A DNA stretch of 64,000 nt from Hormiphora californensis (GCA_020137815.1 CM035350.1:310001-374000); one strand, 5' to 3'; shown: positions 31,141-64,000, numbered from the stretch's first letter. Numbers and translations: made by a program. Notes: generated by a model not told the origin, from the letters alone.

Positions 31141-34100
31141 GAGAAACAGAGAGAGAGAGAGAGAGAGAGAAATAGAGAAACAGAGAGAAAGAGAGAAAGA
31201 GAGAGATTATTACCTAACAAGTGTAGCAGGGGTAAGGGTGAAGGATGCACTAATTAGCAATCCACGGAGTGAGAGTAGGATGCTAAGGAATTTGGACCGA
31301 TCCAGTGTAGAAGCAGCCCCTTCTGACCAAAAACTCTGGGAGAGGGAGAAGTGTTATTCAAAAACTCTGCAGGAGAGGGAGAAGTGTTATTCAAAAACTC
31401 TGGGAGAGGGAGAAGTGTTATTCAAAAACTCTGGGAGAGGGAGAAGTGTTATTCAAAAACTCTGGGAGAGGGAGAAGTGTTATTCAAAAACTCTGGGAGA
31501 GGGAGAAGTGTTATTCAAAAACTCTGGGAGAGGGAGAAGTGTTATTCAGGTACAGCTTGACATTTCCTGGCATGGTATCCTAACTGAACTTACTCAACTA
31601 TAATACGTGCTACGGATATTATGTAGTAAAGTTACTAAATCCTGAGTTTTTGCTAAATATTTCTGTTAGATAAGGGCGGTATTGTTCCTACCTCGTGCAG
31701 TGGGACCCTGAAGGTGTAAAATGTTCCACTGATTAGTCGCTCTTTGATGACATGCTTCACCGCCCGATCACTTCCCTGTATAGGAGGGATTAGATATGAG
31801 GATCTATCTGGTGGAGGGGGGGGGGGAGAAGATTTGACAGTTTCTCTGAAGTGCTGCAGCTATTTGGGGTACAGTTTCACTTTGGTGTGTACCGCAGGGC
31901 CAACGTGGCGCCCCTTCCACGCCCCTTCTACCGATCAAAAGATCCTCTTCCACGCCCCTTCTACCGATCAAAAGATCCTCTTCCACGCCCCTTCTACCGA
32001 TCAAAAGGTCCCCTTCCACGCCCCTTCTACCAGTCAAAAAGGGACACATGTACATTGTACATTGCACAACTGTGGTGTGAAAGTAGTTGTTGTTGGGACT
32101 GACACCCAACAACAACTACTTTCACACCCACATGAACAAAACATGCTGGGTACTTACAATCAACCACACATAAACGTTGTCCTCCCTCCTCTGCTCCTCT
32201 TCTCTGAACTCAGCCAGGTATGAAAAGTTGAAATAACCACCATAACTAGTGCCCTTGTTGCCTAGGAAGCCCTCGGGGGCCACAAAGAACTGAGAGCTGG
32301 ATGACTGGTCTGGTGTGGCTAGAATGGAATAGTCACGTGACTCAGGGACTGTAGTGTTTCCAGATGAACTAGTCAGCCTCCACCCCTCTGCGGTTCCATA
32401 CAGAAGGGAGGAGAGGGAGGTGGTGGAGGTAGCCGAGGCACTGCACTCTTTAGAGACACCAGAACAGAAACAGGAGTTACAACCGGTGGGGGAGAGACCG
32501 AAGTGATGGGGTACACATCTATCACACAGATCACCTTCTACACTGTCCTGACATAGGGAGAGAGAGAGTCAGTAGTGGCATAATTGAGATTACATATAAA
32601 TTGTAACTTGGACCCAAGTCCTTTGTATTCTCGACCACCATGTGACACGTACTTTGCAGGTACAAAACACACGTACCTTGCAGGTACAGTTGGTACACCC
32701 TCTTTGCGATCCAATAGGGTTACAGGTACACTCTTCACATAGTGGGTACACCAGCCCCATATCTTGACATATGTCACAGTGGGGTCCTGTAAACCCCGTG
32801 TTACAGGTGCAGGCCCCTGTTTTAACATTACACGTGCTGTGCTGGGAACAGGAGCATTCAATACAGTCACCACTGAGGTCCTAAAGAGAGAGAGAGGGAG
32901 AGAGAGTGCGTTGGAGTTAAAACCCAATTGTAGGTAGTCAAGGTACTTGACTACAAAATGGTTCGTTTGAGTTATTTCACATGTAATTACTAATTACTAA
33001 TTACCTTGTAGTATCCTGGTGCACATGTCTCACACATGTCCCCTGCTCTGTTTCCCTGACACCCACACACTGGGAAGGTGCTACCTGCCACCCTGCACCT
33101 ATCACATATCCTCCCTCTAAACCCCTCCCTACAATAACACTCTCCTGTCTCACCGCACCACTCTGTTCCCTGTTCATTGCACTGACAAGGGGCACACTCT
33201 CCATCCTCTCTCCTGTACCAGCCCTCCTTACACTGGTCACACCTGGATTAAAGAGAGATGTTACTACCGGGGTTTCCTGATAATACTATCACTTGAAGCA
33301 TTCCCTCTCTGATATAGGAGCACGCTAACCTTAGTCCAGTATAACCGGGTTTACAAAAGCACTGCCCTGCAGGGATGGGTTGTCCCTTAGTGTCCAGGTA
33401 TGATGAATCCTTGATACAGTCACCAGAGGGTAGACCAGGTAGCGATAGGACACCTTGCACGTCACACTCACACCCTAAAAAGTTATGAAGAATGCAAATG
33501 CAGAATACAAGGTCAGTGGACGGTGAGATTGATACTGTAACTAGTGGGAGAGCGGGCTGAGATTGTTACTGTAACTAGTGGGAGAGCAGGGTGAGATTGT
33601 TACTGTAACTAGCGGGAGAGCAGGGTGAGATTGGTACTTTAACTAGTGGGAGAGCGGGTTGAGATTGTTACTGTAACTAGTGGGAGAGCAGGAGAGCCAG
33701 CCCTTGTCGTCCCTCCATTACAACTTACTGATACATGGGTTGGGTGTCCACTGAGTTAGATTGGCAGGTCGGTACCACTGTGTCTTGCAACTCTCACAGT
33801 TTACCCCGGTAGTGTGGCCTCTACACTCTAAACACACCCCACCACCACCCCTCCTCCCCTCAGTAAGGAGAGACCTGCCATGAGCCTGGACATCCCCATC
33901 AAATCTACACTCCTCACTCTTACCATAACATAGACACTCTGAAATATATTACTCAGTTACTTAGTTAGTGTGCAGGTGAATGAAGCTGGCCTTCATTGTT
34001 TCCCCTCCCGCATGCCGTATGGCAAGGTAAGAGTGGGAACCAACTCATTGTGATGTTATCGCCCTGGTATATATTTGGGTCTGGTTATATCCTACCTGTA

Positions 34101-37100
34101 CAGGAAGTTGGGGTAGTCCGCTGTACCGGGGCTCCAGGGAAATGAGTTGTATTTCTCATGACACATTTCACAGTTTGTACCTCGTGTATTGTGTACACAC
34201 CCACACTCGTACCTAGTTGAAATGTATATTTGTCTGATAGATTTTAATCAAGACACCCTGTATGTGCGAGATTTGTCAAAACATGTGACGCATGTCAAAA
34301 ACAAATATTTCGGTTTCAAAGTTCCTGGTTTTCCGAATTAAAATTATTGCATTTTCTTTAAATGAAATGTTCCCCCGTGCCCATAAATTCGTCTAGGCTG
34401 TCCATGGACACCTGGCCAGAGCCGCCCCTGGACTTGAAAGCTGCAGTAATCAATACTGATTAAATCTATAAGTGGTAAATTTTTTACCTGTCTCCGACGA
34501 GAATACAAGTGTCAGCGTGGCCATTACACACACATCTCCCGATAACACTCACTCTTGATATCCCGTAAACAATCTGAAATAGTGGTTAGGACTTGTTATG
34601 CTCTAACCGGGGCGCCCGGAGCACAGCCTAGCTTGGCAAGGTTACTATTAATGGTTGAGGTCTTGAGGTCTTGAACTACATACTTAATAAGAGATCTACT
34701 AATTTAAATCCAGACATGATGATAGATCTTGTACAATGTACACTGAAGAATCTAAAGTCAACAAGATAATCAAAACATGAACAAGTGAAGTGTAGTGTGT
34801 AAAGGATTGAAGATCAAAGAGACTTGACGGGGACTTGACCCATATGAACCACTATCATGTTTAGGTGTGTCCTGTTCAATGATTTAGTCTAATACCTAAA
34901 ATTTTTTGGTAGATGGTCATTAAATCGTTCATTTTAATTCCCCAATGTGTCATTTACAGCTTAAAATAACCCTTTAGTAGAGATATGCTGGTATCCCATT
35001 TGGGAAAAAAACTTACAGCGTTGAAAAAATAGGTTATACGGGATAGGATTTTTTTTTGACTAAATGGGATAGTCCATTTTGGCAGAATGGGTATAATTTG
35101 GTTATACGGGATAGGATTATTCGCCAAAATGGGATAGTCCATTTTACCAAAATGGGATATCCTACGGGGGCTTAAATAAAAAATCCGAATTTAGGTGTAG
35201 TGGTTGTGAGAAAGCTCAGTGTTCCAAATATAGTGAACATACCCTAAATAAATATGGTATCATAAACTATAGAACAGGAGCAGCCAGAGTTGTACGGAAA
35301 CAACATAACAACCCAACACCGCCGCGTGGGCTCAGAAAGAGTAGTAAGGAAACGTTTTTCTGCCGGCTAGCGTGATCAAAACGACTTCCAAACTTTGAAA
35401 ATTAAAAAAGAAGTTCATTAATGCTCAGGAAAGCAGAGAACTTAATCAAATTATGCACAATACGTAAAACTTTGCCAAAATGGTATAGTAAGTTTTGGTC
35501 AAATGGAATATTCCATATTGATACAAAAAAGTATGCCATTTAACCAAAATTGGGTATCTTCAGGTTTTAGTGATTTCCTACCAAGTTAACTGTTTAATGT
35601 AAAATAAATCGATGAGATATGCTGTTACAAAGTCTGAAGTCCAACTCCTGTACGATAGATTTTGGTTCGGCAATCATGGGTGCACAAAATAAATGGTATC
35701 AGACAGGCCAAATTTCTAACTTTTTTGTTTCGATTTTTTTCGTCCGCCAAAAATTACATTGACTGTCCAATGGGTAGTTACATGGGCTGGAAATGGTACT
35801 GAGCCTATTTGACATTTGTATCACATTTCAGGGTGAAGTAATCTTGAAAATCGCATATTGGGCTTCCCAGCGAAAAATTCCATTTGGGCAAGTGTACCAT
35901 ACATCGTAAAATTGTCTACACTCGCGCGAACAAGTCTGGGAAAAGGTTCGTGCGTGTGACTAATTATTACCATCTGACAGTCTGATCAGTGATCTAAAGG
36001 AAAACCCAAGCAACAATTATAGCCCTCACTTGGGTTTTGTGAAATTTCCCACGGTCATTGCTCCACCCCCTGATGAGATAGAGACTTGAAATTTTGTAGT
36101 GAGGTAGAACTCGACATGATCTATCCAACTACAAAATTTCAAGTCTCTATCTCATCAGGGGGTGGAGCAATGATCGTGGGAAATTTCACAAAACCCAAGT
36201 GAGGGCTATTGTTGCTTGGGTTTTCCTTTAGTGGGCCACAGTCTGGGCCAATGATACATTGTTAAATCATTGATATTTGATTCTGCCCCGAGGTGTTTTT
36301 TTTAAAAATATCACAGTAAAAACTAGAGGAGCTTCTCACCCCGGCTTCGTATGGAAAGAAAACAATTTGAAGGTTGTCCACAATCGACCAGGGATTTCCA
36401 TTGCCGAAGAAGAGTGTACTGAGACTTTGTCGTCGAAATTGAAAATGAGACACTTTCGAGCAATACTCCCTGGGAGAGGGGGTGAGAAATGTGGATTTAA
36501 TTTTACAGCTATTCTCTTGGCTCTCTCGGAGAAAGACCCTCTTCTCTCCCATCAAAACTGAACGGTGAACCTTGTTCTTACTTGGAGGGGTTATCGAATC
36601 CACAAGAGAATGATTCGTCTGACACAGAAAAGAGAGGCACTCTGTTCATCTTATCTTTGACAGTCTTGATTTTAAACTTGTATCGTGTATCGAGGGTAGA
36701 TAAAAACATGACCAAGTAGTGAACCTCGAACATCTGAAACAGTTGGAAAATGGTAGTTGGTACAAATTAGCACCACTCTTTCTCAGTAGCTTCTTTCCAG
36801 CTTTAGTTCTCGTAGCCGATCGGAGAACACAGAAAACTAAACTAAATTCAACAAGCTAGTCAGTAATTGAAAACAAACATTGAATATTTTTCTTAATTTA
36901 TACCTACCTGCCCAAAAACAGATTGATGGCAAGAAAATGGGGAGGTGTATTTGTCTCCTCTTTCTTGCTCTACCCTGTTTCCCCGCACCCCTATGTCTCA
37001 CTCATTCAGCTCTCCCTCTATAACTCTCACCAGTCTCCTTTCGAGCCGGATTTAATGGCGGTCTATTGGTTTATCCTTGTCCCCCTTCATGGCCGTGTCA

Positions 37101-38620
37101 CTAGGCAACCCCTTGCACGTGCGGATTGTCCCCAATAGTGCAGGTTCCGCACGTGCTAACTCGCTTACAGTACACTTTTCAAGTTACGCCAAGCTCTCAC
37201 ACGATCTCGTTTGTACGATGATAATCATAAATTTCTTCGCATTTCTCCTGGTGGCAGCTGCCATAGTCGGAGGACTGACATTCGTATGGAACTGGGCTGC
37301 CCATGAGACAACTGCAGTATTCATCGGGCTCAACAACAAGTCAGCAGATAATGTTGACGGACAGACTGAATGGATTGAAACCCTGGCTGATGCTGCTGAG
37401 GAAGCGGAACGACTACAAAATTCTATCATGGAGGTCTACAAGAGCTTGATGATGATATCCCGTCCACCAAGGAAACAATACTCACATGCTGAAACTGAGG
37501 TTGATTTGGAGCTCGGAATGGGAACAACATCCACCCAGACAAGAGACCTGTCATACAAATGGAGTCTTCCACCCATTGACGTGTAGTGCGAATCACCATG
37601 GACCCAGTCTGAACAACAACGCCGGAGTAGAGTCTCCCTCTCATTAGGGGAGCTCTCTCCACCACAATGGGGGGAGTCACACACACTGTGTGGGACTCCT
37701 CGTGCCACACTCCTCTCTTCTTCCTCTCTCTCTTTTTGGGGGAGAAGAAGAGAGGGAGTTACCCATTGCCGCGGACCTGTAGGCGATGGTCCTGTGAGCG
37801 CGGTCAGTCTCACATAAATTTAGAAATCTTGAGGGTCGGTTACAAGTTACTCAGTGTTATATATCCTTTAGCTTTCCAGTTGTAGTTCTTGGACGATCGA
37901 AGAACTTAAAATTTATTTCAGCAAGCCACAAAAAAACTATTGTTTAGTGATGATTACCTGACCGAAAGAGAGCTTGATGGTAAGATTATCATCCATGAAG
38001 AGGGGAGGGGTGATATAGATCTTTGAAGGATGGGTTGCATGTTTGGAATTCTTATCACACTCTCGACCTGTACACTTCACCTTTAGGCTCACTATGGGCA
38101 ACTGCATGGGTCCAGGTGCTCCAACCGCATCCTCTTTCTGAGTGGGGGAGGTTGTTTTGATTGGTCCAGGAAATCCCTGGTTGGGGGGGAGGGGTTCTAA
38201 TAGCAGGTACGGGGTACTGTACCAAATTGGTGGAGTGTTGGTCCATGATTCTATCAATAACAGAGCCCCCAACATTCCACAGTTCAGGATCCAGGGGCAG
38301 TGTGACATTCTCCGCCTCATCTACCTCTATTGTACCTGGTCCAGGAGAAGGGGGGGGGGGGTAATACAGATTGTTTAGAACAGAAACACTCATGTAGATA
38401 AGATATTATAGGAAACCTAAAATGAGAATCAATACGACAACCTTGAACTAAAAAAAAGCAAAAAAAAACAGATTTCAGACTCACGGTTTTTAACAAAGTT
38501 TTGATAAAGGTGCCATGCGGAATTGCGAGACAGAGCAGAGGAAGAGGAGGAAGACGGTCTGTCATCAGTTGGTCCAGTTGTTGCAGTACTTGATAGGGCG
38601 ACAAGGAGCAACCAAATCAT
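25807..38620 (-). CDS. Laminin alpha-like chain (LAMA1/2-type short arm: signal peptide, divergent LN, LE repeats, L4/IV-A, LE repeats), 3'-incomplete
   Basis: Start MIWLLLVALSSTATTG; LN end VYGISRVSVIGRCVCNGHA; alpha-type LE GGGVCLECRGHTTGVNCE..WYRP and CIKD; L4 motifs FLGNKGTSYGG, FRVPLHE|SFW and VERCSCPPGYMGLWCE; later CPCSGNLD..TGECL. Exons at 37.5-38.6 kb are less certain. Confidence 0.85.
27332..29006. mobile_element. Foldback-type TIR element with 8-bp TSD, nested in the Helentron
   Basis: aaaagggc|ggcaggtgagtagaacttcgctcc...ggagcgaagttctactcacctgcc|aaaagggc, with subterminal aaaaggctgca repeats. Confidence 0.85.
28123..28575. mobile_element. Small poly-G/poly-C-ended TIR element with internal inverted AT-rich repeats (third nesting level)
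   Basis: aggata|gggggggtgcagccc...gggctgcaccccccccc|aggata. Confidence 0.6.
31328..31548 (-). repeat. 31-bp tandem repeat containing a laminin 3' splice site plus exon start
   Basis: About 7 copies of aataacacttctccctctcccag|agtttttg on the minus strand; only the last continues into SFWSEGAA. Confidence 0.9.
35994..36230. mobile_element. Palindromic MITE-like element (~105-bp arms)
   Basis: ctaaaggaaaacccaagcaacaa...ttgttgcttgggttttcctttag. Confidence 0.7.
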
Positions 38621-38698
38621 TGAGATGCATGCTGTGTACTGGTCACACCCCGACTAGAAATAGAGAGGGAGTTAGTGTCGGAGAGAGGGAGAGAGAGG

Positions 38699-38729
<31 letters not shown>

Positions 38730-39286
38730 GGGGGGAGAGAGAAAGAAAGATATAGAGGGAGAGAGAGAGAGAGAGAGAGATAGAGAGAGAGGAGAGAGAG
38801 AGAGAGAGAGATGATGAGAGATCGAGACGAGAAGATGAAGAGAGAATAGAGAGAGAGAGAGAGGAAACACAAAGATATAGAGGGGGAGAGAAATGATGAT
38901 GATTATTTAAATAGAGGTTAGGAGGGGATCAGGCAGGTTCGTGTGTGGTGAGGTCAGACTGCCACAAAACAAGAAATTTCTAAGCAACTGAACCACGGAC
39001 AAGGAGAGCTGGAGATATGCTTGGAATTTTCCGAGGTGAGAAAAGAGAGGGATACACCAGTTCGAGGGAGGTGGAAGAATTAATACTTGAGAGAGGTATG
39101 AAGGAAGAGAGAGAGATTCAGAGCTTGAAAGTTGGGTTAACATGCACTGTATCAAATCAGCTTTAAACAAAGTTGCAGCTTCTCGTCCCTAAAGCTTTAG
39201 TAGCTCTAAGAGCACGGACACAACACCACGTGACCAACTACCGCAATGGAGAGAGAGAGAGAGAGAGGAGGAGACGAGAGAAGAGA

Positions 39287-39317
<31 letters not shown>

Positions 39318-39329
39318 GAGAGAGAGAGA

Positions 39330-39389
<60 letters not shown>

Positions 39390-40024
39390 TATCAGAAGAT
39401 GAAAGAGAAGCCTGTGTGGTGGTTCAACAAGAAACTGCGGTTGAACTAAGTTATATTTCCCAGCATTCCCCATGATTCCCCAGGATTTAGAAGGAAGCAA
39501 TGGTACCGTGAGTTTGGCTAACGAAAAACAGTTCGGAAATTAGGCAGGGCCATGGAAATGAGATAACGAGAGATAGATGGGTGGGAAAGGGAAAGGGAAG
39601 CCAAGTGAAACATTTGGTTTTCAGCTCCACCCTAAAAACGGAAAGACAGACATTTGGCCCACATAAACACTTATCATTGCGCTCTCTCATTACATAGACA
39701 TTTGTAATTTGTATTGCCGTCTACTTCCTCTATCTCTTCTCTCTTTCTCCCCCTTTCTCTCTCTCTCCCTCTCTCCCCCTTTCTCTCTCTCTCCCTCTCT
39801 CCCCACAAGATGAACGACCCAACACAGGACTAAAACAGTACATGGATGCTGTTAGTGCATGCGTGTATAAAGGAAGGGTGCTGAACCGAGAGAAACGTCA
39901 ATTCGTCATTAGACAGTGTACAAGCTTGTAGAAGAAGAATAGGGAAAAACCTCTAAGCAAAGGGAGTGAGAGAAAAACTAGAGAAACAGAGAGAGAGAGA
40001 TAGAGAGCGAGAAACAGAGAGAGT

Positions 40025-40060
<36 letters not shown>

Positions 40061-40380
40061 ATAGAGAGAGAAGAGAGAGAGATGAGAGAGAGGGAGAAGA
40101 ACGAGAAAAGAGAGAGAGAGAAGAGAGAGAGGGAGAGAGAGAAGAGAGAAGAAGAGAGAGTGAGGAGAGAGGAGAGAGAGGGGAGAGAGAAGAGAATGAA
40201 GAGGAAGAGTAGAAGAGGAGAGGAACTGAGAGACAAGATAGAGAGGGGAATGAAGACGACATTTTAGAATATATCTAAGGAGAAGACATGACGGATAAAT
40301 GCCGAGATGTCTGCTGCATGCAACATACTAAGTAGCAGACATTTTGGTGGCATGATAAAGAGCCAAGACATAAGGGGGGG

Positions 40381-41619
40381 GGACAGGGAGGGAGAGACAG
40401 GGAGGGAGAGACAGGGAGGGAGAGACTGGAGACAGGGAGGGAGAGACAGGGAGGGAGAGACAGGGAGGGAGAGACAGGGAGGGAGAGACAGGGAGGGAGA
40501 GACAGGGAGGGAGAGACAGGGAGGGAGAGACAGGGAGGGAGAGACAGGGAGGGAGAGACAGGGAGGGAGAGACAGGGAGGGAGACACAGGGAGGGAGACA
40601 CAGGGAGGGAGACACAGGGAGGGAGAGACAGGGAGGGAGACACATGGAGGGAGACACATGGAGGGAGAGACAGGGAGGGAGAGACAGGGAGGGAGGCACA
40701 GGGAGGGAGACACAGGGAGGGAGAGACAGGGAGGGAGAGACAGGGAGGGAGAGACAGGGAGGGAGAGACAGGGAGGGAGACACAGTGAGGGAGACACAGG
40801 GAGGGAGAGACAGGGAGGGAGACACAGTGAGGGGGAGACACAGGGAGGGAGAGACAGGGAGGGAGACACAGTGAGGGGGAGACACAGGGAGGGAGGCACA
40901 GGGAGGGAGAGACAGGGAGGGAGAGACAGGGAGGGAGAGACTGGAGACAGGGAGGGAGGCGCAGGGAGGGAGAGACAGGGAGGGAGAGACAGGGAGGGAG
41001 AGACAGGGAGGGGGAGACATGGAGGGAGACACAGGGAGGGAGAGACAGGGAGGGAGAGACAGGGAGGGAGACACAGGGAGGGAGAGACAGGGAGGGAGAG
41101 ACAGGGAGGGAGACACAGGGGCCAGGGGAGGGAGACACAGGGAGGGAGAGACAGGGAGGGAGAGACAGGGAGGGAGACACAGGGAGGGAGAGACAGGGAG
41201 GGAGGCACAGGGAGGGAGACACAGGGAGGGAGAGACAGGGAGGGAGAGACAGGGAGGGAGAACAGGGAGGGAGAGAACAGGGAGGGAGAGACAGGAAGGG
41301 AGAGGAGGGAGAGACATAGGAGGGATGAGACAGGGAGGGAGAGACAGGAGGAGAGACAAGAGAGCAGGGAGGGAAGCACAGGGAGGGGCAGAGCAGGGGG
41401 ACGGAGGGGAGACAGGGAGGGAGAACAGGAGGTGAGAACAGGAGCAGGAAGACAGGTGAGGAGAACAGGGAGGGAGAGACAGGGAGGGAGACAGGGAGGG
41501 AGAAGACAGGGAGGGAGACACAGGGAGGGAGAGACAGGGAGGGGGAGACAGGGAGGGAGACACAGGGAGGGAGACACAGGGAGGGAGAGCACAGGGAGGG
41601 AGACACAGGGAGGGGGAGA
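40381..41619. repeat. 14-bp purine-rich minisatellite (gagagacagggagg)n
   Basis: About 1.2 kb array; it produces the spurious long ORFs on both strands. Confidence 0.95.
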
Positions 41620-42260
41620 CATGTATACATAATGAAGGGTATTCATGATGATATGTGTGTCATAAGGGATATATCTAGTCGTCACATATTATGTGTTTTG
41701 CAACTGCAAGACGTGTTGTATACAGGTCTAACAAAACAGAAGAGTGGAATCATGGATGAGTCTGCAAACAAAGAGAGCCACAGATCAAACAGAGAGATAT
41801 AATATACTGTGGGGGTGCCTCCCCATCTTGTTGGTACCGACTAATCCAATCCCGGACTCTTCCTCCAGACGTGTGGGGGGTGTGTGTGACTCTATTTGCA
41901 TGGGACGATTGTCTGGGAATTTGAGAGAATCGTAGGAATTATATGGCAGAAGGCGATGAGAAAAAGAAAGAGATACAGTTGTAAAGGGGCGGGAATTTAA
42001 AATTGACTGAATTTGCAATCTGCTCCGAGGTGGGGTGAAATTTTCACCAATGGCAATGAAGGCTGAAATTACAGACCATTGTTTTACATGCGATGGCCAT
42101 ATAAAAGATTAGGCTGATTAAAAAACGGGGGGCCCCTTTCTAAAAGATCTTCTAAGGGAAAGGAAGTTTTAGCCGAAGTTGTTTGTTTTAAAACAGTTTC
42201 AGCAATTTAGAGAGTGAGGAAAGAGAGGGGAGAGGGGAGAGAGAGGAGAGGGGGAAAAGG

Positions 42261-42295
<35 letters not shown>

Positions 42296-42833
42296 GTGTA
42301 GCAAATAGCAATATTACTGATTGTCATCATGTAACCACGTGTACAGGTGCTGCAGCTGGTAGAGTGGTAGAGATATGAAGAGACAACTGCAATGATCAGT
42401 TTTTAAAAACAGTACACGGGAGACAAGAAAACGTTTAAACTTTGGGGGCATCCCATAACTTTCGTGTGGTTTTGTGATAAGCGGGGGGTTTGGGAAAATC
42501 AGAGTAAATTAAACAAGTGGAGAGTTGTGAATGTATTTTGCTTTACGGGGGGACGGATTCTGTAATGAAACCCAAAAATACATCCCCAGCTATATGTTCT
42601 CTCTGCACTTACCCGACGATTGAGCGCCACCACCAGTGAGAGAGACATTGTGGAAAGAGACATGGAGAGGTGAAAAGAGGAAGAGTAGCTGTGGTACTAA
42701 AAACTAATTACTATGTAAGGGGGAAAATTAAACTCTCTCTCTCTTCACTTCTCTCTCTCTCTCTCTCTTCTCCTCTCTCTCCCCTCTCCCCTTCTCTTTC
42801 CCTATCTTCTCTCTCTCTCTCTCTTCTCTCTTC

Positions 42834-42875
<42 letters not shown>

Positions 42876-43148
42876 CCCTTTTTTCTCTCTCCATTATTAA
42901 AAATTTCAGAAAGTTTCTTTTACGGGGATTCGGTAGGTTTTACCAAAATTCCCCTGCTTCCCAAAAAACCAACAATCACCCAACCCCAATTTAAAAAAAC
43001 TACGAACTCAATTAAAGTGTTGTAAACTGAATTATTTAACCCGCAAGAAAAAAAAAATTTCCAAAAACAGCAACAGGGAAAGTAAAAAGGGGTTTACACT
43101 ACATCGCTTCACCAAAAAAAAAAAAAAGTGACCAAATAGAATTTTAGT

Positions 43149-43314
43149 ACAGTCGGACCCCGATTTAGTGGCCCTCCCCGGGGGGAAAAATCCTGCCACA
43201 AACGAAAGGGGCCACTAAACGGGGTTCAAAAAAATGGTTTTTAAATTTTTTTAATCGGGGGAAAAAAAACATGCCCCTAAAAAACCGGGGGGCCCCTAAA
43301 TCGGGGTCCCCATG
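43149..43314. mobile_element. Tc1/pogo-like MITE (degraded)
   Basis: ta|cagtcggaccccgatttag...ctaaatcggggtcccca..tg|ta. Confidence 0.55.
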
Positions 43315-43526
43315 TAACAAAAAATGCTCTGCCCGTCTCCCCCCATGAAATTTTTTGGGCCCAAAAAAAACCCAAAAAAAAGTTTTATGATGAAACTGAA
43401 AACCCCACACTGCACTACTTGAATAGGGATAATTTTTTAATTCGCACTCACTTTTTTACACATGTTTTCGAATATTTCTGATCCCTACCACTACCTACAA
43501 TCTCTACCACACACCACTACCTACTA

Positions 43527-62548
<19,022 letters not shown>

Positions 62549-63185
62549 CAACAAACACACGCTAATGGACAACTGCTTCCTAGATCCACAATATATCTAC
62601 CCTCTCCTTCCCCGATACCCTGTTTTTGCAGATCGTATCACATGTTTAAACGGCTCTAATTAGATAACTACAAAAGATAGAAACAATTCCAAAGTTGAAC
62701 GGCAAATTTGGACGATTCTCTGTCCACTCAAGAAGTTTCCATAGCCCCAACCCTTCATATAAGGGCTGTGTTCAGGTCCTCCTTTTTGTCACTTTAAAAC
62801 GTCTTTTTTGACTGTTTTGGTCATAACTCGTGATTGGATTGTCAGAACATCACCCAAATAGACAGACACTTTGGATATGCATTAGTTAACTTAAAACCGG
62901 TTTCAAGATGATCCAAGCACTCTATCCGTGGGCACGACCGCGCACCAATAGTGGTCCTGACTATTATACATTTAGAGAAAACAAATCTGAAAAAGATTTG
63001 TAAAGCAGCTCAGATATCAGGTAATGACTCTCACGCTATTATAGTTCCATCGTACACACGAGAGTGACCTATTCTCGATCAGGTGGCGTGGATTCACTAA
63101 TTTTATTCTAAAGATCACGTGGATTCATTCCTTTTTTTTGTGAAAAGGCGTCTTATCAGTCATGTAGACAATGTATAATTGTTAT

Positions 63186-64000
63186 TTTACCAAAACCAAT
63201 TGAAATTAGTAGGCCGGAAAGGTTGCCTCACGATTTGAGCTACCTTAGGCACCGTAACTTTCACGGGGTATAGACAGGTTACAGATGCTTCGGTTATCTT
63301 CAAAACGGAATGTACCAGTGCCAAAGGTAGCTCAAATCGTAAGGCAACCTTTCCTGCCTACTAATTTCAATTAGTTTTGGTATAATTTGCATCATTTTTG
63401 GGATTTTTTATCCATGTAGATTTAGTAGAATAGGTACAGAGAGGTTAGAGTCGCGAAATTGAGAAATTTTCATTTTTGACGTCATTTTGACGTCATAAAA
63501 CGACGTCACGACGTTGTAACGTCAAAATTATGACGTCATATTATCGGGCCCACCTAGATGAAGATACTGACCAAGTTTGAGATCGATTGGATGAGATTTG
63601 AGTCCGCTATAGCGAAAAAACCCATAGCGTCATATCTGTTTTTAAACAGTCATAATACTTTAGATGCGTTTTAAGACCCTTATACGTCTGGTTTTCAAAA
63701 TTAACTATACAGTTTCTGAAAGTTCAGACAATTCTCTTTCCATGATATAGTCTTCGATTTTCGATTAGAATCCGTCTTCAGGGTGTAAATTGAGCTCAAA
63801 GAATTTTGGTCAGAGTCTGAAAAATGACGACTTTAAGACGTTCTGTAGGACGTTCCTGGCGATGGAAAGGGACCCCACTACAACTAATGCACACACATTC
63901 AGTAGATCTACCAGCTGTGAAAAGATGAAGTCTCTATCTCTTTTCGTTTGGCGTCACATTCACTTATAAGCGTTTCTCCTACGGCGTCGCGTGTGCATGC
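63186..64000 (+). mobile_element. 5' part of another Helentron-like copy (runs off the window)
   Basis: ttaccaaaaccaattgaaattag..gaaaggttgcc with its inverted repeat at ~63320-63383. The body is similar to 29250-29730. Confidence 0.7.

Noticed and set aside
36070-36150. CTGATGA...GAAA hammerhead-ribozyme-like core
   Set aside because: Stems I and II cannot form; the pairing present comes from the MITE palindrome.
37077-37586. 169-aa plus-strand ORF with a hydrophobic stretch (nested small membrane protein?)
   Set aside because: No recognisable family, and it partly overlaps a probable laminin exon antisense. Unsupported without expression data.
40264-41685. 400-470-aa ORFs on both strands
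   Set aside because: Stop-free translation of a 14-bp minisatellite.
38900-43450. Exon-like fragments with splice signals between microsatellites
   Set aside because: Frames are broken and homopolymers look inflated, suggesting low-quality sequence. No product could be assigned.

Overview
Intron-rich animal genomic DNA. It has GT-AG introns, abundant (CT)n/(GT)n tracts and an intronless gene nested in an intron, a style compatible with a non-bilaterian such as a ctenophore, though the taxon cannot be established from this window. Plus strand: the 3' part of RACGAP1 (C1 + RhoGAP), a complete kinesin-5/KIF11 gene about 500 bp downstream, a ZNRF1/2-like gene lacking its RING exon, an orphan BTB/BACK two-exon fragment, and an ENT4-like nucleoside transporter nested in an intron. 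Minus strand: a laminin alpha-like gene (short arm only visible) and a multi-Ig type I membrane protein. The introns hold many non-autonomous transposons: Helentron/DINE-like, Helitron, Academ-, Kolobok- and pogo-like, and CR1-derived. The most notable observations are: (1) minisatellites made of tandemly multiplied 3' splice sites plus the first bases of the exon, at four introns in three genes; (2) a self-nested Helentron stack in a 10-kb KIF11 intron; (3) an intact ORF1-only 'half-LINE' inside that stack; (4) 17 tandem [DE]xxxLL sorting motifs on the nested ENT. Several +1 homopolymer frameshifts are probably consensus errors.
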